From NCBI GenBank assembly GCA_016748015.1, contig JAAOMT010000460.1, positions 149,957 to 213,956 of the forward strand: a DNA stretch of 64,000 nt, read 5' to 3'. Below the pieces are notes generated by a model. The model saw only the letters and a list, made by a program, of their open reading frames with translations, was not told the origin of the DNA and made no database searches. Positions 22,898-34,642 of this stretch are shown here, in pieces. The DNA comes from Geosiphon pyriformis uo1. Its lineage: Eukaryota; Fungi; Glomeromycota. Position 1 is the first letter of the stretch. Every line of letters starts with the position of its first letter. Made by a program: the position numbers and the translations under genes.

Positions 22898-25800
22898 TTA
22901 GATTTGTCTTATTCACAATAAACCATCAGCATTTCCGTTGTCTTTTCTCTTTTTGTAATATATAGTATAATTGTATGGTGTGAGTGCTATTTTCCATCTT
23001 GACTGTCTTCCATCTCCAAATTCTTGTTTTTGGAGTGATGTCAATCCCTTGTAATCTGTGTATACTTCAAACTTCTGGCTCAAGTATTCTTTCCATTTCA
23101 TGATGGCCCAGTATATTGCTAAGTGTTCTTGTTCTGGTGTTCCATAGTTCTTTTCCGCTGGTGTTAAACCTCTGCTGGCATATGCTACTGGATGTTCTCT
23201 GCCATCTGGTCCTCTTTGAGATAATACTGCTCCCAATGCTTGGCTGGATGCATCAGTAGTAATGATGAATGGTTTGCTGTAATCTGAATAGATCAGCACT
23301 GGAGCTTGGATAAGCTTTTTGTTGACTTTCTGTCCATTCATATTTCGCATTTTTGTTTTGTAGTTAATTGAGTGGCTGTGCTATCTTGGAAAAGTTCTTG
23401 ATAAAACAACGATAGTAGCTGGCAAATCCCAAGAATGATTTTAGTTCTATTATATTGGTCGGTACTGGAAAGTTTTTTACTATTTCTATTTTCTCTGGAT
23501 CCGTTTTGATGCCATCTTTGCTAACTATGTGTTCCAAAAATTTGAGTTCTGTCTTGCCAAAGAAGCACTTTGTTGCATTTAACTTCAGTCCTGCTCTTCT
23601 TAGTCTTTTGAACACTTGTTGAAAATGATGAAGATGCTCATCAAACGTCTTTGAGAATACATTGGTGTTGTCCAAGTATACAACTACTGATTTCCACAAT
23701 AAGCCCATATAAACAATTTCCATTAGCCGTTGGAAAGTTGCTGGGGCATTGGTTAAGCCAAATAGCATTACTTTAAATTCAAAATTCCTTTCTCTAGTAG
23801 TAAATGCTGTCTTCTCTTTGTCAGCTGGATTCATGGCTACTTGCCAGTAGCCACTGTTCAAATTTAATGTGGAGAACCATTTATTCTTACTGAAAGCATC
23901 GAATAATTCCTGTATTCGTGGAGTTGGATAACTGTCTCCATGAATTACACCATTGAGTTTCCTGTAGTCTACACAAAACCAGATTTTTCCATTTTTCTTA
24001 TGGACAAGTACCACTGGTGACAACCATGAACTCATTGATGGTTGAATTAGCCCATTGTCAAGCATTTTGTTTATCTCTTGACAAATAATCTTGTGGCTGG
24101 CTAGCAGCACTCTGTATGCTCTTTGTTTAATTGGCATTGCATTTCCAGTCTTAATCTGATGCTGGATGATGTCAGTTTGGCCAAACTCATTTTTGCTGGC
24201 AAAAATGTCATTAAAATTGTTAAATAACATCTTAAACTGCATACATTGGAGTGGATCTAAGTTTTCCATGTTCATTTGTTCCAATTGTTCTGGTTGGAGC
24301 AAATAACATTTGTCTCGTTCATAGATTGTTTGTGATGTGATGTCAACATATCCACAAAGTTGTGGAAAGTCTGGAATGAGGTTTGGTGGTTGGTCCTCTA
24401 TTTTTGTAGTCAAATATCCGATGGTGGTTCCTTCTGGTATGCTGATGACATTGCCAGTATTGTTGTAGATGGGAATTTTTATGCTGCTATAGCTTTTGGC
24501 TGGTATGTGGAGATTGATCAATCCAATCTCTCCCGATTCACAAAGAGTTGCTTCTGCTTCAAACATCTGTTCTTGCTCTTTTTCCTTCCTTTCTATTGTT
24601 AACATGTACTGGCTATATGGTGGAATAGAAATAGCTTGACCAGTTGAGATAATTTCTCCTTGGCCAACAATTTTTTCTTCTGCCATGTTAACTGGTATAT
24701 TTATTTTACCTGTGAATCTGAATCCTTGTATTCCTCTTGCCGTTATTCCTAATTTTTTCCTCTTTTCCACTGATACTAACTGAGCTATTCTAACCAGAGA
24801 CAGGAATATTGTCTGTGCTATCTTTTCATTGGGCTCTATTAAATAGGCTTTTTCTGAATTATTTTGTAACATAGTGATGATATTTCTTACATATCTCGCA
24901 TCAATTATTCCTCCTCTTATATTAATCTCTCTTTTCACTAAACTACTCCTAGATGCTAGTTGAACCATGGTTGTTGCCGGAATTTCTAGTACTATTTTCA
25001 GATCAATGCAGGTGCGTGAATGTGATTCCAGTTTGATAGCATCTTTTCCTGGATATCTCAGATCAAATCCTGCATCAGTATCATGTGCCCGTTCTGGCAT
25101 AATATCTTCCCCATTGTCACTATACCATTTCAACTCTTGTTCCTTGGAGAGATCTGGTAGTGCAATGTATTGTTCATAGTTTACATCGGAGTTTGTTTCT
25201 GAGTTGGAATCATTGTCATTGTCATTGCCCTTTTGAATGGAGCTTGAACTGTTGTTGTCATTGTCATTGTCGGAGTTTGAATCACGATTGATCGGCGATT
25301 CTGATTCTGATGCACAGCTGCTGATTGGTTTTTCCTCTTCCGGGATTGTGTAGATCATGCGTGGTGGTAGATTGTAAATGAGGTCACACTCATCACAATA
25401 CTGGAAGTCACAGGGAATTAGGCAGTGTTGACATAGTCGAGTGTTCAACTGCTTTAACCATTGTTCTTGTTCTTTCCTTATGGGTGCTAATTCTTGATAG
25501 TGTTCATAGAATTGTTTTGGGTCCAGGAGGTTTATGATGGGTTCTGCATCCCAGTCAAGCTCTAAAGGTTCTGGAGGGTTGTCTTTGATCGTTTTTATCT
25601 CTTCTGGCATCGCCTCTTCAATTTTTGCAAGTGCCATTTGCCAAATTTTGTCATCATCATGTGGGTAACTGTCCAATTGCTGTACTGCTCTTCTCCAGGC
25701 TGCTTCTATTGGGGTTCTTTTCCTTACCCAATCACTTATTAGAATTGTGTATTGACACAATATGTCACACGTTCCTCCCCATCCAGGAATGTCATGCCAC

Positions 25801-28800
25801 ATTCCTTCATCCAAGAGAGTCTTTCCACAAGCTAAGCATGGCTGATTGTCCCATTTCCCTACTCGTTTTGGTCTTCCAAAGCATTCCAGGATGCATGGGC
25901 AGCAATAAAACCTAGTTGTCATTGAATATTCTTTATCATCCTTACAGCATGCGCCCATTGACGACAATTTCTTGCCACAATCGACGCAGATAAGCTTGGG
26001 TCGACGATAGGTAGATCATTGTGGTATAGTGTAGGTGTTATAAGCGGTGGTAGTTTGAGTGGTTTCTTTTTCTTTTCCCTTCCCTTTATTTTTATTGTTT
26101 TCTTCCCATTCCCAACTTGAAGTCAGTTTGCTCTCGTCGTGGTTGGTCCACGTTAGGTCATCAGTTTCCCAGGTAAGTTCTTTCTTTTGTTTCCCTTTTT
26201 CCTGATAGTTGTCATCCCAGGAGAGTATTGGCAGCAGCTCATTGTGCTCTTCATCAGCCCACGATACTTGGTAGGCTTCCCAGGTAGGCTTTTCTTTTTC
26301 TTCCTCCAGCTCGATCAATAGTTTCTCTTTTGAAGGAGTTTTGAAATGGCCACATGTGGCCGGGACACGTATGTATTGGCCCTGATATGTTAGCTGGAGT
26401 TCCTGGGTGTTTCAGTCTAATGTTGCGTTGGCTTTGGATAGCCAGTCATTACTAACGAAAGCTTGGTATTAAGTGGCTTCCATTACTAGAACTTTAATGG
26501 GAGTCACGATGCCATTGACTTCAAAAGGAAAATCATCGATTTCGCTGATTGGAGTTTTGGTCGCTCCATCGGCTGTGATGATTCTGGCGCTGGCAGCTCG
26601 ATCAACTCAGTGACCTAATTGATCCATGAGTTGTTTAGTGATTATGCTGCCAGCTAATTCACTATCTAGGATGAGTTTGATGGAGTGACCATCAACTCTG
26701 GCATCCGTGTACATGGCTGTTATGGGTTTTTCTTCGAGGGCGGCTCCACTAAATAATGGTATTGTTGTGTTTTCTTTGAGTTCGAAAGAAAAGATGGCTG
26801 CTAGGGATTTGTCGCTAAAGATAGTTATTGGTAGAATAGTGTTGGTAGGTATGTGCTGATTGAATTCTGTGTTGTTGGAGATGGCATTTTCTGGGGTAAC
26901 TAGGAGACTTAAATAATGTTGAGAATTTGGGTTTTGGACACGACTGGTATCTAAATTCTGGGTATATGATCCTGATGGTGAGTTTAGTGAACTGGGGATC
27001 GGTTGGTGAACAACCATCACCAATCTCCAGTTTTGAGTGACTCTGGATCGAGGGTTGCCTGATGTCATTTGAGCTGGGTTCTGGGTTGGTGTTTGAATTG
27101 GTTGGGGTTAATAGATAATTTGTGGTTGTGGTTGATATATTACTTGTGGCTGCGGCTGATGAATTGGAGGTTGATACACTGGTGGATGATAGATTGGTTG
27201 CTGCGTTATAGGCAGGTAATTATTTTGATATTGGTCTTGATTCTGATTTGGATAATGATTCAGAGTTTGGAACTATTGATTGGGATTTCGATATTGATTT
27301 TCCAATCGTTGGTTATTTAGATGCTGGTGACAGTCAATTTGGATATGTCCTTGTTTCTCACAATAGTGGCAGATACGCATTTTCTGTTGCCACTGTTGAT
27401 TGGTTGATGAAGATGGGTGTGGTTGATTTTGGCCACGATTAGAGTTTCCTTGATTATTGTGTCATTGTGGAGACTGATAAATGGTGTGATTGTCAGCTAA
27501 GTATCCTTCCAATCTCTTATTAATTAATTCACTGAACTTTTCCAATTTGGAATCCAATTCAGATGATCCGTTCATGACTAGATTAACGGCTTGAGCATGG
27601 TTAGCCTCTGACTCGGTGGATTCAAAATCTCTGGCGCATGTGACTGTGTCTTGAAGCATGCCAGAATGCAATGAACATATATGTTGCAAGATGCTGCTGC
27701 GCAGGCCATGGATAAACTGATTGAGTATCTGTGATGCTGTGAAATAATTGGCGTCAATTGCTTGAATTTGGCATAGGTTTCGATGGAAGCGTCTCAGGTA
27801 AGTGGTGACTGCTTCAGTTTCTCCTTGTTTTATGGTGGTGAATGCATTAACTAGGCAATTGATGCTATTATTATTGCTGAAGTATCTCAGAAATTCCACT
27901 TTGAAGGCATTGAAATCTTGTGGTTTATTAATCAAGCTCTGGTACTATGAATCGGCAGTATCTTTGAGAAAGTAGGGAATGGCTTGCATTGCTCGTGCGT
28001 CATTCCATCCATTGGCTGTGATGGCTTTTTCTACATCATTCAGCCATATTTGAGTATCATCTTCTTCACCAGTAAAGTTGTCGAGTTTTGCGATTGGTGC
28101 GTAGGCCATTGGATCTAAGTTAGGTGGTTGTGATGGCTGTTGAAGCAGTTGTTGTTGTCTTGGCTGTTGGGATGGTAGCTGAAGTGGCTGTTGTATGGGT
28201 TCGACTATGGGATTAAACGGTGGTTGATTGATGACAATTACTAAAGGTAAGTTTTGCTGATTAATTAATTCGGGTCCTTGATTTCTTTGATTTGGCGGCA
28301 TTCGAATATTTGGAGTTTTGATTTCCGGATTTTCTAATTGTTGCTGAGTTTAAAAGTTCGGGGTTTCAACTTCCGGGTTTTCAATAATCGGGTGCTGGTA
28401 AGTGAATTTTTGATCCTCTGATTCTTTTTCCTCCTTTTCTGATTCCGCTGCTTCCCATGGATCAGAGATTCCGAAATCTGGTGGAGGCAGTGGTGATCAA
28501 AGTCCTGATGGGGTTGATGATTGCAAATTAAATCCCTCAAAGTACTTGCCATATGGTCCTAACAATTCTGTTTTCCTTTGTCTACTTTGGAATGGGAATC
28601 ATCCAAATGCTGATGTCGCAGTTGATGTGAATGTGTTTGTTGATGATATGTTGATGGCACTTCCAGGTGTATAGTGGTAGGATGGGTTGCTTGGAGATTC
28701 AACTCTGTTTTTCTTCCAAGCAGGTGGCTGTATCTTTCTGGGTGTTACTGCTGGTGTTTGTAATTTTCTCTTACCTTTACTAGCGTATGTAATTGGATAT

Positions 28801-29093
28801 CTTTGTTGAGTGTGATGTTCAATTTTTTTGTTGATCTCAGTGATGATGGATGCGAAATTATGATTTGTTGGCAGGTTGGTATTTTGAATTAATTTCCTAT
28901 AGAAAGTTTCCCTTGCTGATTCAGTATTCACTGGTGTTCCTAATAAAGAAGAAATTTTTTCATTGATGTAGAAATTGAAGGCTGATTCGGTGGATATATG
29001 ATTGTGGTTTAATCCCAAGTATTGACAATAGTGTTGAAATAAGGATTTTGCAAATCCTAAATGGTTTGCTCCTATAGTTTCTGATTCTGCCAC
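22898..29093 (-). pseudogene. Gypsy B gag-pol: N-terminal extension, Gag, CCHC, protease, Cys-rich domain, dUTPase, RT, RNase H
   Basis: FTGEEDDTQIWLNDVEKAI, IKQGETEAVTTY, CHYCEKQGHIQIDC, LILDSELAGS, HDTDAGFDL, FCVDYRKLN, VYLDNTNVFS, TTDASSQALG, NADGLL. Several stops and a small deletion near 23315. Confidence 0.93.
24708..25100 (-). other. dUTPase domain within Gypsy B pol
   Basis: Five trimeric-dUTPase motifs: AGFDL, ASRSSL, GGIIDARY, EKIAQ and RGIQGFRFTG (=RGxxGFGSTG). Confidence 0.92.
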
Positions 29094-29155
29094 TTTTGGT
29101 TTGGTGTTGTCGGTGCTGGTTCTCTGTAGAATTATACCTTACAGAGAGTACCAAA

Positions 29156-30003
29156 TGTTACAGGTGTAGATTTCTGTGGTTGAATTAAATAATGAACCTA
29201 TAACTTGGTGCTCAAAAGCTATTTCCATTGATGATGTTCTGTAAGTGTTGTATCTGAAGGTTTTAATGGGTCTGAAGGTTTTGGTTGAGTCCTTTGTATA
29301 ATGAACAGAGATTCAATAGTGTCGATAATAGATGTATCTTTCTAAAAGTTTTCCCAATTTCTTTTTCAGCGTGGTGGCTGGATTTAGTCTGGCAGTCGTG
29401 CCCTTCTAGTAAGCTATCTGATAATATATAAAATTCTACTCTTATTTCTGGGTCTTTTACCAGGCTATTCTTGACGTTAATAACTCAGTGCTTAATCCTT
29501 TTAATCAGTTAGTATACAACAACAAATCAAAATAAAATAAAGAAAAAGAAATAAAAGAAAAATAAAGAAAGAAAGAAATAAGTCCAGGCGATTTTGCAGA
29601 TTAGTATTTTGTCAATAGCCATGATCAAGAGCTATTGTTCCAGTGTGGTTAAGTATCAATTACTATCAACATGAAGTGTTAATAGTGGAGAGTGGATTGA
29701 GATATGGAATAATTATTTATTTGATGATTGTGTTTTCTAGGCTAAGGATTATGTGGTATTAATTCTGTCTTTTTTGTTTCTAATATTACTGCTATATATA
29801 CATAATTGAGATTTCTCAATTTCTCGATTCTTCACAACAGGAATCCTGCAATTCCTTTAAGAGGAATCCTGGAATCCTGGAATCCTAAAATTCCTGAAAT
29901 CCTGCAATTCCTGAGAGGAATCCTGGAATTCCACATTTACTATGCTTACTTCTGATTGGCTAATAATTATGCTAATATATTTCTTATATTTCTATGAGTA
30001 ACA
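29156..30003 (-). repeat. 5' LTR of Gypsy B
   Basis: Adjacent to the PBS, with the same motifs as the 3' LTR but a shorter GGAAT(T)CC array. Confidence 0.95.
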
Positions 30004-30012
30004 ATGGCCTGA

Positions 30013-30720
30013 TTGGTTACCTGTTATGGTAATACCAACCCAAATGATCAACAAAAATCAGATATAAATAAATGTATCATTCCCAAAACAGAGATATCTT
30101 CAATTGACATAAACAATTATTTCCTAGATCAAAACATTCAAAATGCTTTCTACACTCTCCATAAGTACTGGATCAAAAATTATCCAAATGCTACTCTGAC
30201 CATTGGAAAACAAACCATCATAACTAATAACAGTGAAACACATACTGTTATTAAACCAAAGAAAACCACTACCAGAAGAGAAAAAATTGGTAGCAAAATA
30301 GATAAGTATTTGCTAGAAAGCATAACAGCAGCAATACTTATACCTTCCATGACAATTGGAAAAATGATTAAGGAAATCTTGTCCATAAACAAAAACTTGT
30401 CATATGGAAGACAACTAGAACTCTATGGTCATCTTGGTGAAATTATAGAAGAAATGAAGCTCATAAAGAAAACAACTTCAGAGATACAAGTGGAAATTTT
30501 GGGCATTATACGTTTAGATGTCTCAAGAGTTTTGACCATTGCAAGAAATGCCAAAACTCTTATACAAAGATTTGGTCTCTTGGATACAAAGCTTATTTCA
30601 CCTTAAGTACTATATACTCTATCCACAAAAAACTTCAACAAACTAGTTAGTTTTGAGTTAAACAAAACTCTTCAATTAGAATATCCTATAAATAGCTTGA
30701 TTTTGCTGGAGCTCAATCTC
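30013..30720 (+). pseudogene. Gypsy A extra ORF downstream of integrase (unknown function)
   Basis: A 197-aa ORF plus its continuation past one TAA, lying between the integrase end and the PPT. It resembles the equivalent ORFs of B and C. Confidence 0.6.
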
Positions 30721-30734
30721 TTTGGAGAGGATGA

Positions 30735-31399
30735 TGTTATGGTTGAAACCCATAATTTTTATTAGTTATTACATGTATTAGTCACTGATGTCATATAATT
30801 AGCCACTCTATTTTTAGATAGTGATCATTGACCTGATCAATAACCTGATCATTGACTTGACTGTTGACCTGGTTATTGACCACTTTCAACAGATATATAA
30901 GCAATAAGTTTCTTAGCTGTAGAAAATCATCTCTCAAACAAAAATCAAATAAATAAAAATAACAACTTTCATCTCAATCACTTTCTTATTGCTAATTTCT
31001 TTTTCTCTACCATCAAGTATTTGAACATCTTAGGATAAAAAATTACTTGTTGGCTTTTTTCTGATGTATATAATTGTAGCATTTGAAGATTATTTGAATA
31101 AACATGACTGAAAAGCACAAGTTGATACCTGATATTGAATTCTAAGAGTGCTGATGTGAGACATAGAATTATACCAGTGGTGATCAATTGTTAACAGTAT
31201 AAACTATCTTTCTACTTTCAGATTCTCCAGTTATCCTTGAAAAGAATAGCGACTGAGATATTTTATGAGACTGATCTCGCACATTGAATCCTTACTCATT
31301 TAATTCACTCTTTGAAGTTGAATCTCCTTTGATTATTCCATCACTCTACAATCCTGTTCTCCCTTGCTATCCGTTAGCTTGTTACTTCAACCCGTAACA
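30735..31399 (+). repeat. 3' LTR of Gypsy A (665 bp), with 4 copies of the 12-bp repeat
   Basis: Preceded by the PPT GGAGAGGATGA (30724-30734). Runs TGTTATGG...CCCGTAACA and is followed by TSD ATAT. Confidence 0.95.
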
Positions 31400-32225
31400 A
31401 TATAAAACTAATTACAGTATATTGAATTTTATTGCCAATAGTAAAAAATAATTAATTATACAAGTTTTTTTACCAGTTTTTTCTATTAAAGCACTAAAAT
31501 TATGAACAGTTGTTTTTATAGACAAAGTAAATAAAAACATTTTAAATTGGTTCTTAGATACCCAAACATTACAATTACTTAGAGCTTTGGCCATATGTAC
31601 TGAGTTTTTATTAATTAAAAAAAATTATCTTGTTGTTAAATTATTTGTTTAATTTAATTTAGTAAATTCTAGTATAACTTTCTACTATAGTCTAATTAGT
31701 TACAATTAGATTGATATTATTTGTCTATATTTAGTTATTACAACAATAATTATATTCTTAAATATATTTATAGAAATTTTTTTAATAATCATAGTCTAAT
31801 TTGAACAAAATTTTTGTCTCTTAAGATTATTGTTTATAATAATACCAATTTTTTTAGCCAATAATATGATCTTTTTTATGCTTTCTTTAAATATAAATAT
31901 AGATCTAATAATTTTTTTAAATTTTAAAGTAGTGGCTTTTCCAAAATTATTTATTTTTGAAAATTTTTTTCTAATAATTTGTATTTTTATTATTGTTAAT
32001 TTTTTTTTAACTGCTAATAAATTAATATTTAAAACAAAAAATTTTTTAATAGTTGCTTTAATCTAAGTTTTTATTATCTTAGAATCAATTTATTTTTTGT
32101 CTAAGAATATATTAAAAGAAAATAGAAAAGATCCACTATTTTTTTTTATGTTAAAATTAAAAAAACTAAAAAAAATTACAATTTAAACCAGTATTTATTT
32201 TTTTGGCTTTGAAAATAGCAGTTGT
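31400..32225 (-). mobile_element. Upstream part of ORF1 of the same decayed LINE, split off by Gypsy A and interrupted again at 32226
   Basis: NQFKMFLFTLSIKTTVHNFSALIEKTGKKTCIIN resembles the ORF1 RRM region (compare DKFKTKLVNFFPGCTAFEISDMISQIGGQTCFI at ~33600). It reads on across the ATAT TSD into the 13308-13493 relic. Confidence 0.75.
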
Positions 32226-32358
32226 TATTACTAGTAGAATTTTAATCAATAATTAACATAAAATTACTTTTATAATTCTTAGTATTAATTAGCATATATT
32301 ATTATTTTTAATTATTACTATTATTTAATTAATAACTTAATTTATACAAATACACAAA

Positions 32359-34642
32359 ACATACTCTTTGTTTCCTTAATTTTATGACCATGACTAGAGC
32401 AAAGAATAAAAAGGCTGCACCTGATATCTGTCCTATAATATCTAATAAAATTTCAATCAGAAGAGCTCTTTCTGTTGTAGAAGCAATTAGGCAAAACGTT
32501 TTAGAAGCCTTCCTCTTACCCAGTAATTGTAAAAAGCTGCTTTTGGTAGCCACTAAATCAACTTCCTCATCTTTGGTTGGTTTTTCACCAGTCAAAGTTC
32601 CTTCAAAGAGACACACTTGGGTTAGTTCCAGTGTTGCCTCCACCCCGACTAAGAGCCCAAAAGTTTTTAATAATAGACCAGTAAATAAGCTGGTCTTCCC
32701 TTCTATAGACTCAACACCTGGTGCTTCTGGCACCACCTCTTCAAAAAAAATGGTCAAAAAGACCAAAAGTTCAGAAAAGTGAGGACAGTTGCTTGCCTCT
32801 GCTATTGTTACACCAAACCCCTTTGTGGTTCCCAATGAAATCTTAGATGAGATCTCAGTAGCATCATCTGGCACTTCATCCAAGATGGGCCAAGATCAAC
32901 CACTGGCTGTATTGCCAAATGTGGTGTTTTCTGGCAGATCATTGCCGGTTTTAGAAGCAAAACAATTTCCTCTTGTTGGGTCACCTGTTCTTGGGAACTG
33001 GGCTGATTAAATGGAAACTGATTCATCTCCTTCTTTAGTTTCTGGTGTTACTTCTGGTGGTGCTTGGGAAACTATTACTAGTCATCAAAGGTTTGCTAGA
33101 TGGGTGGTCTCTACTCTGGTGCCTGGTGCTACTTTTAAGATCAAATTGGCTCATGTTAAGACTGTTTTTCAGTCTGTGCATGGTTTTTTGGGTGCTAAAT
33201 CTGTTTCAAAAGACAATGTGAAGCTTTTCTGTATGAAGTTTGCTTCTCAACAGTCTTTGAAAACTGCGTTTCTGGTTGAGCTTATAAGCTCTGTTTGTTT
33301 GACCACTCTCAAAATTGCCAAGTCTTTGGTGGTTTCTGAATCTGGTTCCTCTTCTGCTGCTGTTGTGTTGTGTGATGTATCTTTGGGTGTGTCTGCTGCT
33401 GATATTAAGTTGGCTCTCAGTGTGTTTGGTAGTGTCACTTGTGTTGTGCTGAAGCCTGCTGGTATTTGGCAGTATGTGGTAGTTTATTTTGAAAAGTTGG
33501 ACTCTGCTGTGTCTGCCTTGAAGCATTGGTCAGTCTTGGTGGGCAAGGATAGTATTAGAATCCTCCCTCTGGTGAATCAAAATAAGACTATTTTGTCTCA
33601 TGATAAGTTTAAGACCAAATTGGTCAACTTTTTCCCTGGCTGTACTGCCTTTGAAATCAGTGATATGATTTCTCAGATTGGTGGTCAAACATGTTTCATC
33701 CTTTGTTCTCCTGATTCTGGTCGTCATTTCTGGTTTGCTTTGGTTATATTTGACTCTCAAGGCAATTTGGATTCTGCTGTAGTCAAGACTAATACTCTAA
33801 GGAAATGCCGTATCTGGTGGGAAACTCCTGGCTGTCGGTGCTGCTTTAGGTGTCAAGAAATGGGCCATCTGGCTGCAGATTGCAAGATTTCCCCACCTTC
33901 TACTTTTAAGGTTCCCAAGGTTTTCAAGTCTCGTTTTGTGGGTTCTGCTTCATATGCCAAGACTGCTGCTTCTTTTGGTCTTTCTGAGTTTCCTTCTTTA
34001 GTGGCTTCTTCAGCTGCTTCAGCTGCTGATCCTGTTGTTAGTTTCAGATTGGACTCTTTGAAAAAGCAGATTTCAGATTTGGCTGCTCTGGTTAAGTCTA
34101 TTGTTGAGTCTGTTGGTTCTTTGGTTGCTTTGGTGTCTCGTCTTCTTGATGATAATGCCATTAAGGCTGTTCAGGTCAAGAAAGATATCATTTCTATGAA
34201 GAGTGCTGCTAACAATTTTTCTAACCTCATGGTTGGAGTTTCCAAGGACATTGCTTGTCTTAGATCTGAGGTTGACTTTGGTGATATGGATTATGATGGT
34301 GTTCTGGCTGCTAAGCCTTCCTTTTTAAGTGAGGACACTATTAAGCATGTCATTGCTTTGTGGCAAATGTCTGGTGCTGAAACCAGGAACAATATTGAGT
34401 CTACTAGATTGTTTCTTAATGAGTTTATTTTTGACTCTAGGAATTTGAATGGTATCATTGAGAGAATTCGTGGGTTGGGGTTATTCTCATCTACTTTTGA
34501 TTCAGCGTAGTGAGTCCTTGATTGGGCCGAATGTCTGATCACATGTAGAAAATACATGATTTACACCTATAATGTAATTTCTTCTGTGGTATTATAGTTT
34601 AAGTAGTATTTGGGTCTTATTCGTTAAAATATAATAAAAAAA
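32359..34642 (+). mobile_element. ORF1-only non-autonomous non-LTR retroposon (HAL1/half-LINE-like)
   Basis: TSD AAATACACAAA (32348-32358 / 34643-34653), AATAAA plus a poly(A) end, one long ORF, and a 3' tail homologous to the LINE tails at 56272-56410 and 60010-60144. No RT or endonuclease. Confidence 0.88.
32384..34510 (+). pseudogene. LINE ORF1p/Gag-like nucleic-acid-binding protein (~708 codons, two in-frame stops)
   Basis: ORFs 32384-32782, 32789-33010 and 33011-34510 are all in one frame. Contains an S/P/K-rich N-terminus, RRM-like segments (AVVLCDVSLGVSAADIKLALSVFGSV...YVVVYF), a CCHC knuckle CFRCQEMGHLAADC and a coiled coil RLDSLKKQISDLAALVKSI. Confidence 0.85.

Larger units (their letters stand above)
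19875..30003 (-). mobile_element. Ty3/Gypsy LTR retrotransposon family B (dUTPase-bearing), nested antisense within the integrase of A
   Basis: LTRs 19875-20753 and 29156-30003 (TGTTAC...GTAACA). TSD ATGG at 19871-19874 and 30004-30007. PBS TGGTACTCTCTGTAAGG (29153-29137). PPT AAAAAGGAGAGAATAA (20769-20754). Confidence 0.96.
13513..31399 (+). mobile_element. Ty3/Gypsy LTR retrotransposon family A; full length but inactivated, and hosting nested element B
   Basis: LTRs 13513-14262 and 30735-31399, 4-bp TSD ATAT (13509-13512 / 31400-31403), PBS and PPT present, domain order gag-PR-RT-RH-INT, many premature stops. Confidence 0.95.

Noticed and set aside
32329-34557. Minus-strand ORFs overlapping the ORF1-only element, and similar antisense ORFs over gag-pol and the HMG gene
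   Set aside because: They are shadows of the coding strand with no motifs of their own.
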